In this document: one piece after another, positions 39,880 to 51,756 of the stretch
How positions within the stretch are numbered: position 1 is the stretch's first letter
Layout: each line of letters begins with the position of its first letter
DNA from: Lobosporangium transversale
Lineage: Eukaryota
NCBI RefSeq assembly: GCF_002105155.1
Contig: NW_019028996.1
Coordinates: 682,001 to 746,000 of the forward strand
Reading direction: 5' to 3'
Length of the DNA: 64,000 bases
Notes under the pieces: generated by a model
Seen by the model: only the letters and a program-made list of their open reading frames with translations
Databases searched by the model: none
Told to the model about the DNA's origin: nothing
Program-made: the position numbers and the translations under genes

Positions 39880-40229
39880 AGGTCCTCACCACTGATACCT
39901 TAATTTCGAGTAACGGTGAGGATGCAGCTGAAGACCTTGAGCTAGGCTCCGAATTCTACAATCATGATGAAGCTAGCGACGTTGATACGGATCCTGAAGA
40001 GCACGACTGTGATGATGGTGGAGACTATTCTTCGGATGTGTCAGATTCCGAGCCAGAAATAGTGTGGGGGCCAGTTGAACCATCCGGTGAAGACAGCACC
40101 TCTGGGAATGCTCTCGCGCCATCTGAAAATAACGTAGAAGAAGTAGAGGATATATCGAGATTGAGTCAAGATAAGGAGGCTCGTGCAATCAGTCTGGCTT
40201 CTACAATTGTGTCTGCGCAGCTACAAGAA
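39880..40229 (+). pseudogene. 5' fragment of a MULE transposase related to 14484
   Basis: gactattcttcggatgtgtcagattccgagccagaa parallels 14466-14501; IVSAQLQE parallels LLSSQLHD. Confidence 0.5.
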
Positions 40230-40412
40230 TGCAATGTTTTAGCCTAATTGATATAGCTTACTATGTATATGGAACCAAAGTTCAATAGGACAAAGAGAGG
40301 GGTCTTTATTTCTGGAGAGACGACATCTTATATGCTATAAGATATCGTCTGCCCCACGTGAGTGGTAAATTAAATCATCGTATACGCTATATGGGTCTAC
40401 ATATATGGTGCA
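40230..40412 (-). mobile_element. Possible solo LTR (~183 bp) joining the MULE and hAT fragments
   Basis: TGCA...TGCA ends; TATAAG and AATAAAG on the minus strand; flanks AAGAA/AAGAT match only 4 of 5. Confidence 0.4.
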
Positions 40413-42464
40413 AAGATTATAGAGTAATACTGACCTGATCTTAACAATGCCTTTTCTGAGTTTCTGTAATGTACTCAGCGTTACAAGCGTTAACCCAACC
40501 GCATCCTCACACTCATTGTTGTTCACGTAGAGACTGTCATTTTCAGGAGCCAAGTCATTCAAACCACTTGGGCACAAAATCGCCTGAACTGCCAGATTAA
40601 TGATGTGTCCAAGGCATGGCCCATGGTATAAGCCATCCTTGAGCGGCCTAATGTTTTTTATTTTTATTTATTTTTATTTTTTTTAAGAGAAGCGTTAGAG
40701 GTAACTCATTACTAGATGCGCTAGCATTATTGAAAGTGACTGAGAATTACCATTCTACTGCCTTGGGATGCTTTTCAAGCTCTCGGATCATTTTGGACAT
40801 ATTTGACGCATTGTCGGTGGTGATACTTAGAAGCTTGTCACCAATTTTAAATCGATCGATGACCTTAGCCAGAGATTCCGCTAAGTTCTCACCTGTATGC
40901 GCTCCATACAATGGCTCAAATCCAATGACCAGCTCTTGTTGGTGCCAGTCATGATAAATCCAGTGAGCTGTTACCCCCAGGAAGTTGTCTTGGAAAGGGC
41001 TTGTCCAGCCATCAACGGTCAGTGATACCTTGTTAATATCCTCAAATAAGCTTATGACTTGATGCTCCATGTATTGGTATTTTAGCTTAGCCTATTTTTA
41101 ATCCATCTTTTTGTCAGTGTTTGGTTGATGTTTGTTATAAAAAAAAAAATAATAATTGAAGAGTAATAATAATCATAATCATAATCATAATCATAGTAAT
41201 AATAGTTTTACCTTGGTTGCCAAGGTGTCATCAGACGGTAGCTTTACTTGAGATGCTGTAGCCATTGTAGCATGGACTAGAAGCTCCTGGAGAGCAGTGC
41301 TTTTGACAATCGTAAATGGCTGCTTTGTTGTGATAACGAATCGGACAAGCAATTCGTCAAATCTCGTAGGGTCAAATACTTTTGGCTGAGAAAATGAATT
41401 AAGCATCTTGTCCATCGGGCCTTGCTTGGAGAGACTGCCATCATTGGCATTGCTATCTTTAGTGATGCGATGTACTCGCCACAGATGCTGGATGACCCCT
41501 GAAGTTGACATATTCGATGAACAAAGGTTTTCCCGCAGCTAGGGTAACAGCAGCGCATACCAGAGCCACTCTTAGTTTTAACACGCTCGGCCCACTTGTT
41601 CTTCAGTGACCACGCCCAGCTTCGGTTGATCGCCGTGCTGCTTGCCACGCTGGAGCTTCCCACGCTCCTCGTCACTAAGCTCTCATTCATCACGCTGCCG
41701 CTCATCACGCTCTCCATATCCATATCGTTGTCAGGTGCGTCAAAGCTGGCAGACATAGAAGTGTTACCAACGTCATAAACCTTAAGTTCATGTATGATAA
41801 AATTGCAAGGAGGTATTAATTTAAACATTAAGGTTAAGTTTTTTCCTTCTTTTCTTAATACAAAGTAATATGGCAAATGTAATCAATATATACTTCTGCT
41901 TCCTCCTCGATAATTCGACGACGTCGTTTACTCATTTTAAGAGATGTTTTGGGCTGAATTGAGATAATGCATGAAAAGGAAAAGAGAGAAAAAAAAAAAA
42001 AAAAAAGGAAAAGGAAAGGAAAGGAGGCGAAATGAAGCGAATGCAAACACATTTGTTGTCCTGATGCCGCAGTTGAGTATTTAGGTATAACGCACCAGAT
42101 ATCTCGCACTCGTTGTTAGGCTTTATTTTCTATAAACATGTGTTTTAACCTTATCTTCATGGTAATATTTTTCTTAATCCACGATTTAAATCCACATTTT
42201 GATTAAGAGTGCCGTGAGAAAAAATTTATAAAAATTTTAATCGGTATATCAATGTACCGAATGATTCGGTATATCAAATGAATTGAATCGGTACAATCGA
42301 GGCACCGAATGATTCGGTTTACCGAATGCATCGAATATTCGATACATTCGATTCGGTTTCGACAATTATATTCATTCGGTTTCGATTCGATATGAACCTT
42401 ACCTTGGTCAATTCGATTTCGGTTCGAAGGTGTATTGAACCGAATGTACCGATTAGGAGCACTG
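40413..42464 (-). mobile_element. hAT transposon, 5' half (TIR, subterminal repeats, BED finger, first catalytic Asp)
   Basis: TIR CAGTGCTCCTAATCG ending 42464; ATTCGGT subterminal repeats; ATG 41935; LTVDGWTS, HTGENLA, ITTDNASNM, CLGH. Clear paralog of the 51757 transposase. Confidence 0.88.
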
Positions 42465-43061
42465 CCTCATCGTTATAGAGTCTGGTAGCATGGACAGCTG
42501 ATGAGACTACACCACGGTGAAGCAACAATCGAATATAATATGCATTCCGGTAATCGAACTTCCGTGGCCGACCAGCTCTACTTTTACTCCTGGCAGGCCC
42601 TAATGTCTTGGAGATATTATGGACTGAGGACTTGGATATGCCTACTCCTGTGGCAACCTGACGGATGGACTTGTGCTGCTCGAGTAAATGGAGAGCATCC
42701 TCAACAACGGAAGCTTTGATTGGCTTCATCTTTGGAGTCTTTAGAAAGAGTAACGTAGGCTCCTAGAAGAGTGTAGGTGAAGAGTATCTACTCAAGTGTG
42801 TGGGAGATAATTTGAAAAAAATTCAGCAAAGGTGCGTAAAATAAGTGATGGTTATATAATTGTCCAAATGAGATTAAATACTTTTGTCAATGAAAAACCA
42901 TGGTGAATGAGACTAGAGATATTTTAAACTGAACCAGTCCACGTATCATTGGCATACTTGTTTACTCTGATAAAAATAAAAGTGCAAGCAACCATCGCTA
43001 TTATTCTAATCAAGACGGAAAACATGAGCGTGGAACATTTGGACAAATTTGGAAGCCACTG
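42465..43061 (-). mobile_element. Tc1-like element, 5' fragment interrupted by hAT
   Basis: TA-CAGTGGCTTCCAA end at 43061; ORF from 42729 KSIRQVATGVGISKSSV..AGRPRK. Confidence 0.8.
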
Positions 43062-44525
43062 TATAAGTAAAGTCGCTCATTTCAGACCCAGTTGGGTTAT
43101 CTCGGCCTGGAGCCGGTAGGTGACTCCGAAGCGCAACTTTTGAGAGATGGTTTTACGTTTTCGGATGAAAGTTAATATCCGTAGTTATGTGATGAGTGCA
43201 ACAGAACAGAGTATGTGACCAATCTAGACAACCATTTAAAAATTAGTTTTGCAAAACTTGGTAAAAACGATGGGAGCGCAATACAGTTATGCCCAAAGCA
43301 TATGGAACCCCCAGGATCAATGTAGTTTTCAATTTGGAATCAAACAGTGTTAAAATCGCTCGCGGTTACATAGTGAGAAAAAAAGTTATATTAAAGAAAA
43401 AGCGCAAGGTCGCGGAAAATAGCGATTTTTCGATATTCTATGCTCATTTACTCAAGAGCCACTGCATGGAATATTGAAAAATAGGGTTTGTATCGTAGCT
43501 ATAGTCGAAAGGATTGCATCCCTGGTTTGGCTTGGCTCTATCTCTCAGGATCCTGGCGAAATAGTCCATTGAGTGTGTCAAAAATGGCATAGTTTTGGTT
43601 TTTTCTGTGCTTGAACTACTTTACACAGGTGCTACTCCATGGATACTGGGTAGATTTTCTTAAGAGTAATATTAAACCAAAGGTAATCAGCTCCCCTACT
43701 GGTCGTTCCAGTGGCGCTTGTCTCCTAGCACTCTAGCAGGAGTTACTCATGCTTAAAGTCTGACCAGTCATTAAAACCACCCAAATTTATCACAGTTTTG
43801 AGTACTATCTCGATAAATACTGAACAAATCCTTTTCATTCTTTTTTTATTTTGCGCGTATTGGTGCCTTCTATTGTATATTTTATGGGCATGCTTCCATC
43901 TTTCCTAGAAGGATAGTTATAAGCATTCTAGTACTTCATTGATGATTGCGTGTGAAATTTGATTGTGTGATTTTATGGGAGAAACTTTAATTTGGCCTGA
44001 TTTTTTTTTGTGTATACTTTTTTATTAAATAAAATTAAATTTAATAACACTGCCGTTGTCGCTTCTTAGTTCCGGATGCGTTGGGGATTAACGGCAAAGT
44101 ATCCAGCGTATCTTTTACTGACCTTAAGGTTCTTACGCTTTCATTCAACATTTTTAAATCATCAAAATTGTGAATAAACTTTCGAAGCAACTCATATAAC
44201 TCGTTATGTTCCTCACCTAGCTGATTATCCTCTAGTTGAATCTCAGTCTGATTAAGCTCACTCTCCTCAGTTTGATATTCACCATGCTCAACAGCTATAT
44301 GTTTGTCCATGACCAAAGGCATAGCTTTCTGGGGGAGACTCAGTGGACGTTCTTCGTCATTCTGCTTGACTTTGAATAACACCAGCATATGCATACGAAG
44401 GCGGCGCCGACTAGTAAAGTATTGGCAATTACAACCTGTATAGTGTCATTTTCATCGATGTAGAGGTTATATATACCACGCCCAGTTGTTGGCGAGATAA
44501 CACAATAATACCCTTCAACATGGAT
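43062..44525 (-). mobile_element. 3' part of a second MULE copy (SWIM region plus ~1 kb non-coding end)
   Basis: Reverse complement resembles 16352-17826; both encode VEGYYCVISPTTGRGIY and end SGTKKRQRQCY*. Confidence 0.85.
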
Positions 44526-45253
44526 GACTACAGTGGTCATCAAAAGTCATTCAATGAATTAGGAATTTCGACATTCTCATTCCTTTCCCAATTTGATCTT
44601 GCTTGTCGCTAATGAAACTTACGTAGCGAGTTCGACCATCGACAATGTCACTCCTACTACAATGTCAATGAGCTCCTGTAGCTAATTGAAAATTTAGATG
44701 AATGCCAATTATTGGCATCTCATTGAATGCCATTTGAAGAAAATCGGGAGCTTTGCTTTATTTGTTTTTTTTTCTGTTCTTCAGTAATGTGTACGACCTC
44801 CTTTCTTGCGATGTAGCTTCTCTACCCTTCGTGGCTGTCACGAACAGCAAGCAATGTCTAGCTCATGAATTGATGAATGACTTTTGTCTGATTCGAATCT
44901 GAAAAAGATCACGTGTGCTTGATTAATTTGTTCCGCTCATTTCCTTCACTCATTCCTCCATGCATAGTTTGCCTGTCAAGCCAAGTCGCGTTGCAAGCGA
45001 AATCACTATAATAATTTTGTGCAACATTGTATTTCGCCCATATTTCTAGAGCATTCCTTGCAACAGGATATTAACTAGTATAAATAGGTCTACTTTTCTA
45101 TCTAGTTCTGTAGCATGGTTCCCCCTGAATAAAGATACCTTTATTGCACCCTTAGATCCCCCTAGAACACTACCTTGACTTTTGCATTGGTAGCAAAGGA
45201 AACCACGACCACCCCCAGAGAACTACAATTACCATTGAATTTCACCCCTCGCC

Positions 45254-46174
45254 ATGGAACACTTGAATAACGCCCTTTCGTCCATCGATCTTCCTCTGAA
45301 CATTCGCGAAGCCATAGCTACTGCTTTTAATCAGGCCCTCTCTACTGCTAAAGTCAACGAAGCCGCTGAGAATGACCTAGCCAGAACCCTCGCCACGGTC
45401 CTAAAGCCACAGAAGCCTACGCCTTACGAAGGAGCTATTAACGCTGTTGCAGCCTTAAACTTTGTCGACAGCCTGGAGGAGTATTACACTATTGTCACAC
45501 TCACGCCATCCAAATGGGTTCGATACGCTGTCCTCAGTCTCAATGGCGAAGCCAAGGCATGGTGGAGAGATTCCGGGTTGAATCTCGATACACCTTGGGC
45601 TGACTTCCGTAAAGCATTCCTCCGTCAGTTCACCCCTCCAGATTCTGCGAATGCAGCTCGCCGAGCGTTGGATAAACTTCGTCAGGGAAGGATGAGTGTG
45701 GCAGAATATACGAGCAAGTTTAGAAGCCACCTACGTCTGGCTACAAATCTCGACAAAGACTCTGCTTTGCAAAAATACATGCTAGGCCTTGAGCCCGAAA
45801 CAAGCAAGCAGGTAAGACTTAGACAGCCAGAGACGTTGGACGATGCCATTGAGCAGGCGACCATTGTCCACAGTATTCTACATCCCATCGATGCCACCCC
45901 TGTATCCGCTACCCCGAACGCCTTATCACCCCATCATGAGAATAATTCTGGCCCTACACCAATGGATCTCGATAACATGAGAATGTTGGTTGCCAACCTG
46001 TACACCTCTCTCCATCAGCAACGACCAAACAGAAACCACTCCAAGCCAAGCTCGCTACCCAAGCTCACAGCAGCTGAACGAGAACGTTGCGTTCGTGAGG
46101 GGCGTTGTTTCAGATGCCGGAACCGAGGTCATAGAGCCTTTGTGCACAAATATAACATCCATGCCCCTTTCTGA
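45254..46174 (+). CDS. gag: Gypsy gag
   Basis: Protein identical to 34991-35911. Confidence 0.92.
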   Translation: MEHLNNALSSIDLPLNIREAIATAFNQALSTAKVNEAAENDLARTLATVLKPQKPTPYEGAINAVAALNFVDSLEEYYTIVTLTPSKWVRYAVLSLNGEAKAWWRDSGLNLDTPWADFRKAFLRQFTPPDSANAARRALDKLRQGRMSVAEYTSKFRSHLRLATNLDKDSALQKYMLGLEPETSKQVRLRQPETLDDAIEQATIVHSILHPIDATPVSATPNALSPHHENNSGPTPMDLDNMRMLVANLYTSLHQQRPNRNHSKPSSLPKLTAAERERCVREGRCFRCRNRGHRAFVHKYNIHAPF

Positions 46175-47165
46175 TCACTCTATTGCTCCCACTGCATCTA
46201 CTTCCTTACATCTACTCTCTAAGTATTCACCTCATCCTGATCCCCATTCCCCTACTCATTCCTCATTGCTAAAAAACAATCCCCTCTCCGACCCTATTTT
46301 CCCCTCCACTGATCCTTTCACTGTTTCCACTTCACTCACTTCCACTCATTCATCTACCCCTAGTTCATCCAATCGCCACTCCCATTGTCGTAACGAAATT
46401 CGCCTTCAATCCTTCAGCCTTACCTATGACAAACATAAAAACTCTCGCCGACTCCTTACTTTCATTGGAGCAGTGAATGGTCGACCTGCGCGCATTCTTG
46501 TAGATGGAGGGGCCGAAGGCAATGTCATAAGTTCCTCTTTCTGCGAGAACACACATGTTCCGCTAATTGAGGGTAGACCCATTCCTGTCATTCTTCCCAA
46601 CGGTACCGAGACAATTGCTCAGCACACAGCCACGTTCACCCTCGCCCGCAACGCGTATCAGGATAAAATCAACGCCATTGTTTATCCTCTATCCAAATAC
46701 GACCTAATTTTGGGTAAACCATGGCTGACGGATATCAACCCTCGCATCAATTGGCGAACAAATGATCTGCATTTTGAATACCAAGGTACCCCGGTCTTGT
46801 GGCCTTGCACTGGCATCGACAGGAAGCCTAGACAGCGATCTTCCGTCATATCTGCTCTTAACTTCCTTACCGTTGCCTCGGAACCTGATGCCTCTGTATT
46901 CCTCGCCCAAGTTCGAGTTCCAGTACCTGTCTCTAGCAGTAGTTCTGAACTACCGGACTCTATCAAGCAAATCGTTCAAGTCGAATTCCCTGATGTCTTT
47001 CCTACAACGCTTCCTGATGGCCTTCCCCCTGACAGAGGTGATAGCATGCGTATAGAGACTGACCCTTATGCTGACCCACCTGTCCGACCTGTCATCAGAT
47101 TGTCGATCGCTGAGCTTGATGAACTGAAGAAGCAGCTAACTGCAAAAGTCAAGGTAGTGTTCTAG
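45990..47165 (+). CDS. Gypsy pol, protease part
   Basis: ILVDGGAEG; one substitution versus copy 1 (YDKH vs YAKH). Confidence 0.85.
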   Translation: MPTCTPLSISNDQTETTPSQARYPSSQQLNENVAFVRGVVSDAGTEVIEPLCTNITSMPLSDHSIAPTASTSLHLLSKYSPHPDPHSPTHSSLLKNNPLSDPIFPSTDPFTVSTSLTSTHSSTPSSSNRHSHCRNEIRLQSFSLTYDKHKNSRRLLTFIGAVNGRPARILVDGGAEGNVISSSFCENTHVPLIEGRPIPVILPNGTETIAQHTATFTLARNAYQDKINAIVYPLSKYDLILGKPWLTDINPRINWRTNDLHFEYQGTPVLWPCTGIDRKPRQRSSVISALNFLTVASEPDASVFLAQVRVPVPVSSSSSELPDSIKQIVQVEFPDVFPTTLPDGLPPDRGDSMRIETDPYADPPVRPVIRLSIAELDELKKQLTAKVKVVF

Positions 47166-47334
47166 GGGGATCTAAGGGTGCAATAAAGGTATCTTTATTC
47201 AGGGGGAACTATGCTACAGAACTAGATAGAAAGTAGACCTATTTATACTAGTTAATATCCTGTTGCAAGGAATGCTCTAGAAATATGGGCGAAATACTAT
47301 GTTGCACATAATTATTAGAGTGATTTCGCTTGCA
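47141..47334 (-). mobile_element. Antisense solo LTR-A inside pol
   Basis: TGCA...TGCA with TSD CTAAC; removal restores KKQLTDLLQK in frame. Confidence 0.95.
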
Positions 47335-50058
47335 CTAACTGATCTTTTACAAAAAGGATTAATCTCACCGAGCACCTCACCATACGGTGCTCCAGTCCTC
47401 TTTGTGAAGAAAAAGGATGGCTCGCTTCGAATGTGTGTTGATTATCGGGGCCTGAACAAGATCACAAAGAAAAACAGGTACCCCTTACCACGGATCGATG
47501 AATTGATCGACAGATTCAGAACAGCTAAATGTTTTACCAAGCTGGATCTACTCTCGGGCTATCATCAAATGCGTGTCCATCCTGATGATAAACACAAGAC
47601 CGCGTTCCGAACTCGCTATGGCCACTACGAGTTTAACGTCGTACCTTTCGGTCTTACAAATGCACCTGCAGCGTTCTCGACTATGATGCGTAACGTACTT
47701 GATCCACTTCTTGATAAATGTGTTGTTGTGTATCTCGATGATATTTTAATTTACTCCGATAACGAGAAAGATCACTTAGAGCACATCCGAAAAGTACTCT
47801 CCCTCTTGCGTCAAGCTGGGCTTTATTGTAAATTATCCAAGTATTCCTTCATGCAGGAAGAGACTGAGTTCCTAGGCCATGTCATATCCAAGGATGGACT
47901 CAAGACGAATGGCGGACTTGTCAAGGCAATAAGGGAATGGCCAGTACCAACAACCCAACGACATGTGATGCAATTCCTTGGTTTGACTAATTTTTACCAT
48001 CAGTACATTTCTCATTACGCTGATATTGCTCTTCCCCTCACACAATTGTTAGGCTGCAATAAGGAATTCCACTGGGGAAAATCTCAACAAGACGCCTTTG
48101 AGACTTTGAAAAGAGCAGTGAGCTCAGCACCAGTTCTTAGGATATTCGATCCTGCCCTCTCTACAGCAGTCGAAACAGACGCTTCAGGCTTTGCAATTGG
48201 TGCTGTCTTGTTCCAGACGGACCAAAATGGTGAATCACGACCAGTAGCTTTTACTTCACGCAAGCTCAACCCAGCGGAACGCAACTATCCTACACACGAA
48301 CAAGAACTGCTGGCTGTGGTGCATGCTCTGAAGACATGGCGATACTACCTTGATGGTTCTCACTTTGTCGTTTATACCGACCATGCCACTCTACAACATT
48401 TTCCTAGCCAGCCGAACTTGACTCGCAGACAAGCAAGATGGATGGAGTTGCTTCAAGAGTATGATTTCGTATTCAAGTATAAACCTGGTAAAGATAACGT
48501 CGTCCCTGATGCTCTTTCACGAAGACCGGACCTCAAGGACTTGGAGGCTACACCTACTACTTTGAACTCCTTGGTTATCAATCTAGACCCTGGCATTCGA
48601 AAACAACTAGCCAGTTGCTACCTACACGATCCAATTCTAGGTCCCCTCGTGCATCAGTATAAGGATGCCTCTACCCCGGATCGTTACTTCGTGGTAGATG
48701 GTCTACTCTGGATCAACGCTGGACAAGGCCCTCGCCTCTGCATACCCAAGGACGACGGACTCCGTTCACAACTCTTGCATGACGCTCACGACGCTCCTAT
48801 ATCAGGCCACTTGGGACTCGATAAAACGTACAGTAGCATGCGACGAACATATTTTTGGCCACGCATGGCGAGGGATATAAAAAAATACATTGCTTCCTGT
48901 GAGCAATGCCAGCGTAACAAGCCTTCACTAAAGCCTCCTGCAGGGCTTTTCCAACCTTTGGCAATTCCAAGCCAACGATGGGATACTGTAACAATGGACT
49001 TCATTGTCAAGCTTCCGAAGACAGCCAGAGGTTTTGACGCGATTACGGTCTTTGTGGACAAACTGTCCAAGCAAGTTCATTTCTGCGCTAGCCGAACTAC
49101 CGACACTGCCTCTGATGTTGCACGACTCTTTTTCGACAATGTTTTTAGACTGCACGGCATGCCTCGGACAATTGTGTCAGATAGAGATTCACGTTTCACC
49201 GGCAAGTTCTGGACAACGTTGATGAAGCTCATGGGCACCAAACTTAACATGTCTACTGCCTTCCTTCCACAATCAGACGGACAAACAGAGCGCGCCAACA
49301 GAACATTAGAAGAAATGCTCCGCTCTTACATATCGTACAAGCAAAACGACTGGGATCTTTTACTGCCTATGATGGAGTTCGCATACAACAACTCTGTCAA
49401 TCCTACGACAGGCTTCTCCCCATTCTTTCTGAACTATGGTCACCATCCACTAGTCCCTGGATCTCTTTTAAAGCCACCTGATACCAATGTTCCGGCTGTC
49501 AGTGATTTTGTTCGAACCCAGTCGATGAATTTGGCGCTAGCTCAGGATGCCATCATCGAAGCGCAGAATAGGCAAAAGGCCCAAGCGGACAAAACTCGCA
49601 GGCCTGCTACGTTTGCTGTGGGTGACATGGTGCTCTTAAGCTCGGAAAACATCTCTGTCGCGGGACATAAAAATAGGCCGTCGCAGAAACTGGAACCTGA
49701 GTACATAGGCCCTTACAAGATCATTTCGAAGGTCAATGAAAATGCCTACAAGCTGGAACTACCGCCTGACATGCATCAACATCCAGTCTTTAATGCCGAT
49801 CTGCTTCGCCCCTATATTGAGTCACCTCGTGAATTCGGCGACCGCTTACCACCACGCCCTGCCCCCGAGCTTGTAGATGGAGAAGAGGAGTATGAAGTCG
49901 ACAAAATCATTGACTTCAAAATGTTTGGCAAAACTCCTAAGTGGCTCGTTCTTTGGAAAGGCTATCCATTAGATGAAGCCACTTGGGAAACAAAATCTTC
50001 GCTCGCAAACGCTAAAGAGGCGCTTGCCGTCTTTGAGGCTTCAAGAAAAACAAGATAA
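47299..50058 (+). CDS. pol: Gypsy pol, RT-RNase H-integrase-chromodomain part
   Basis: Same 919-aa ORF as copy 1; the first ~12 codons come from the inserted LTR. Confidence 0.95.
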   Translation: MLHIIIRVISLALTDLLQKGLISPSTSPYGAPVLFVKKKDGSLRMCVDYRGLNKITKKNRYPLPRIDELIDRFRTAKCFTKLDLLSGYHQMRVHPDDKHKTAFRTRYGHYEFNVVPFGLTNAPAAFSTMMRNVLDPLLDKCVVVYLDDILIYSDNEKDHLEHIRKVLSLLRQAGLYCKLSKYSFMQEETEFLGHVISKDGLKTNGGLVKAIREWPVPTTQRHVMQFLGLTNFYHQYISHYADIALPLTQLLGCNKEFHWGKSQQDAFETLKRAVSSAPVLRIFDPALSTAVETDASGFAIGAVLFQTDQNGESRPVAFTSRKLNPAERNYPTHEQELLAVVHALKTWRYYLDGSHFVVYTDHATLQHFPSQPNLTRRQARWMELLQEYDFVFKYKPGKDNVVPDALSRRPDLKDLEATPTTLNSLVINLDPGIRKQLASCYLHDPILGPLVHQYKDASTPDRYFVVDGLLWINAGQGPRLCIPKDDGLRSQLLHDAHDAPISGHLGLDKTYSSMRRTYFWPRMARDIKKYIASCEQCQRNKPSLKPPAGLFQPLAIPSQRWDTVTMDFIVKLPKTARGFDAITVFVDKLSKQVHFCASRTTDTASDVARLFFDNVFRLHGMPRTIVSDRDSRFTGKFWTTLMKLMGTKLNMSTAFLPQSDGQTERANRTLEEMLRSYISYKQNDWDLLLPMMEFAYNNSVNPTTGFSPFFLNYGHHPLVPGSLLKPPDTNVPAVSDFVRTQSMNLALAQDAIIEAQNRQKAQADKTRRPATFAVGDMVLLSSENISVAGHKNRPSQKLEPEYIGPYKIISKVNENAYKLELPPDMHQHPVFNADLLRPYIESPREFGDRLPPRPAPELVDGEEEYEVDKIIDFKMFGKTPKWLVLWKGYPLDEATWETKSSLANAKEALAVFEASRKTR

Positions 50059-51295
50059 TAGGTTTCTTCATGACGGGAAGGATGCAAGCGAAATCACTAT
50101 AATAATTTTGTGCAACATAGTATTTCGCCCATATTTGTAGAGCATTCCTTGCAACAGGATATTAACTAGTATAAATAGGTCTACTTTTCTATCTAGTTCT
50201 GTAGCATGGTTCCCCCTGAATAAAGACACCTTTATTACACCCTTAGATCCCCCTAGAACACTACCTTGATTTTTGCACGCGTCTCCTAGTTTTCTAGCTC
50301 CGTGAATAGCTCCAAGGATTCTAGAAGAGCTATAAACCAATAACCAAGACTTATAGTGCCAAGGAACCTTGCAATAAGATTGCACCAGATATCTTCCTCG
50401 GATCCTGTGTATTAAGTTAACTCAACACTTGAAGTTCCGCATATGGTAAAAGTCCTTAGGAAATATTTGAGTAAGCTTTATTTAGAGTTCTTGAAGCGCG
50501 TCTCCGCTTCAGTCAAACAAGTATAAATATGATAGATTTGTAACATAGTAAACCTCAGTCTGCAATAAAACTATTCTTGAATCTCCTAAGCTCATTTTTG
50601 TTCCTAAATCACTTACCTTCTCTTGCAATTGTCCTGTCAGTCCTTGACGGTAATTGCACGCGAGGTTGATACGGGTATATTTAGATCCATTCTGGCAGTT
50701 CAAGAATACATCAGATCGAGCAGTGCTCCTATTCGAACCATTCGAATCGAATTCGAATAGATATCAGGATTCGAATGCTATTCGAACCGCTCGAATGATT
50801 CGAGCCATTCGAACCGTTCGAATGATTCGAACCATTCGAACCATTCGACATTCGAACCATTCGACATTCGAACCGTTCGAATGATTCGAACCATTCGAAC
50901 CATTCGACATTCGAACCGTTCGAATGATTCGAACCATTCGACCCTCGAATCATTCGAACCATTCGAACCATTCGACACTCGAACCATTCGAACCATTCGA
51001 TACACGATAGGAAATGGTAATTCTAAACTTGTGTTTGTAGTTTTCATTATGTTTCATCTCCTGCCTTATTTCTCTTTCCTTCTTTTTCCTCTTTTGCCTT
51101 TCTTCCTGTGGTTCCCCGAAATTTAATCAAATAAAAGACTACCCCTTTTAACTTATTCATGCATGATTTGGTTTGAACTTGTTGCTCTTTTTTTTTTTTT
51201 TTTCCTAATTTCCTAATTCCCACGCCAATTAGTAGTGTTATCTTAATCTTTTTCTTTCCGTTTTTTTTTTTTTCTTTCATTTACTGATTATTTTC

Positions 51296-51375
51296 TTCCA
51301 TTTACTCATTCTTCTCTTCCATTTACTCATTCTTCTCTTCCATTTACTCATTCTTCTCTTCCATTTACTCATTCT
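51296..51375. repeat. 21-bp minisatellite in the hAT 5' region
   Basis: ttccatttactcattcttctc about 4 times. Confidence 0.8.
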
Positions 51376-51756
51376 TTTCTTTCATTTAATCCTTATTTTT
51401 ATTCATCTACTCCTTATTTTCTTTTATTTACTCATTATATTCTTACATTTACTCATATTTTTACTCTTCATCTCATTCTATTTATTCTTATTCTGTTCTC
51501 TCTTCACTTTTCTTATTCTTATTATTTTCTTTTTCTCATTCTTGTCTTTTTATTTTCTCACTCTTTTCTTGTCTTTTCTTTTTCTCACTCTTTCTTGTCT
51601 TTTCTTTTTCCTTTTCATTTCATTTCTTTTATTATTTTATTTATTTTGTTTCTCTCTCGTCTTTCTTGTCTTTCGTTACAGTTCCATCCCTCTCATCTGC
51701 TTTGTTTTTCGTGTCTTTTATTTTTCCTATTTCCCTTGCAATTACTGTTTGAGAAA

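Larger units (their letters stand above)
44992..50277 (+). mobile_element. Ty3/Gypsy chromovirus LTR retrotransposon, copy 2, full length with TSD
   Basis: 195-bp LTRs 44992-45186 and 50083-50277; TSD CGCGT; PBS TGGTAGCAAAGG at 45188 (initiator tRNA-Met type); PPT GGGAAGGA; internal antisense LTR 47141-47334. Confidence 0.97.
44836..50720 (+). mobile_element. Probable LTR of a second family (LTR-B), split by Gypsy copy 2 and truncated by hAT
   Basis: Starts TGTCACGAAC; resumes after the TSD at 50283 with TATAAATA (~50522) and AATAAA (~50564); the same start is found inverted at 36329. No CA end or TSD found. Confidence 0.5.

Noticed and set aside
50068..50385. 105-aa ORF across the 3' LTR
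   Set aside because: Spans the junction of two unrelated repeats; no recognisable domain.
50654..51126. Repetitive ORFs (IRTIRT / SNGSN / FEWFE)
   Set aside because: Translations of hAT subterminal TTCGAACCA repeats.
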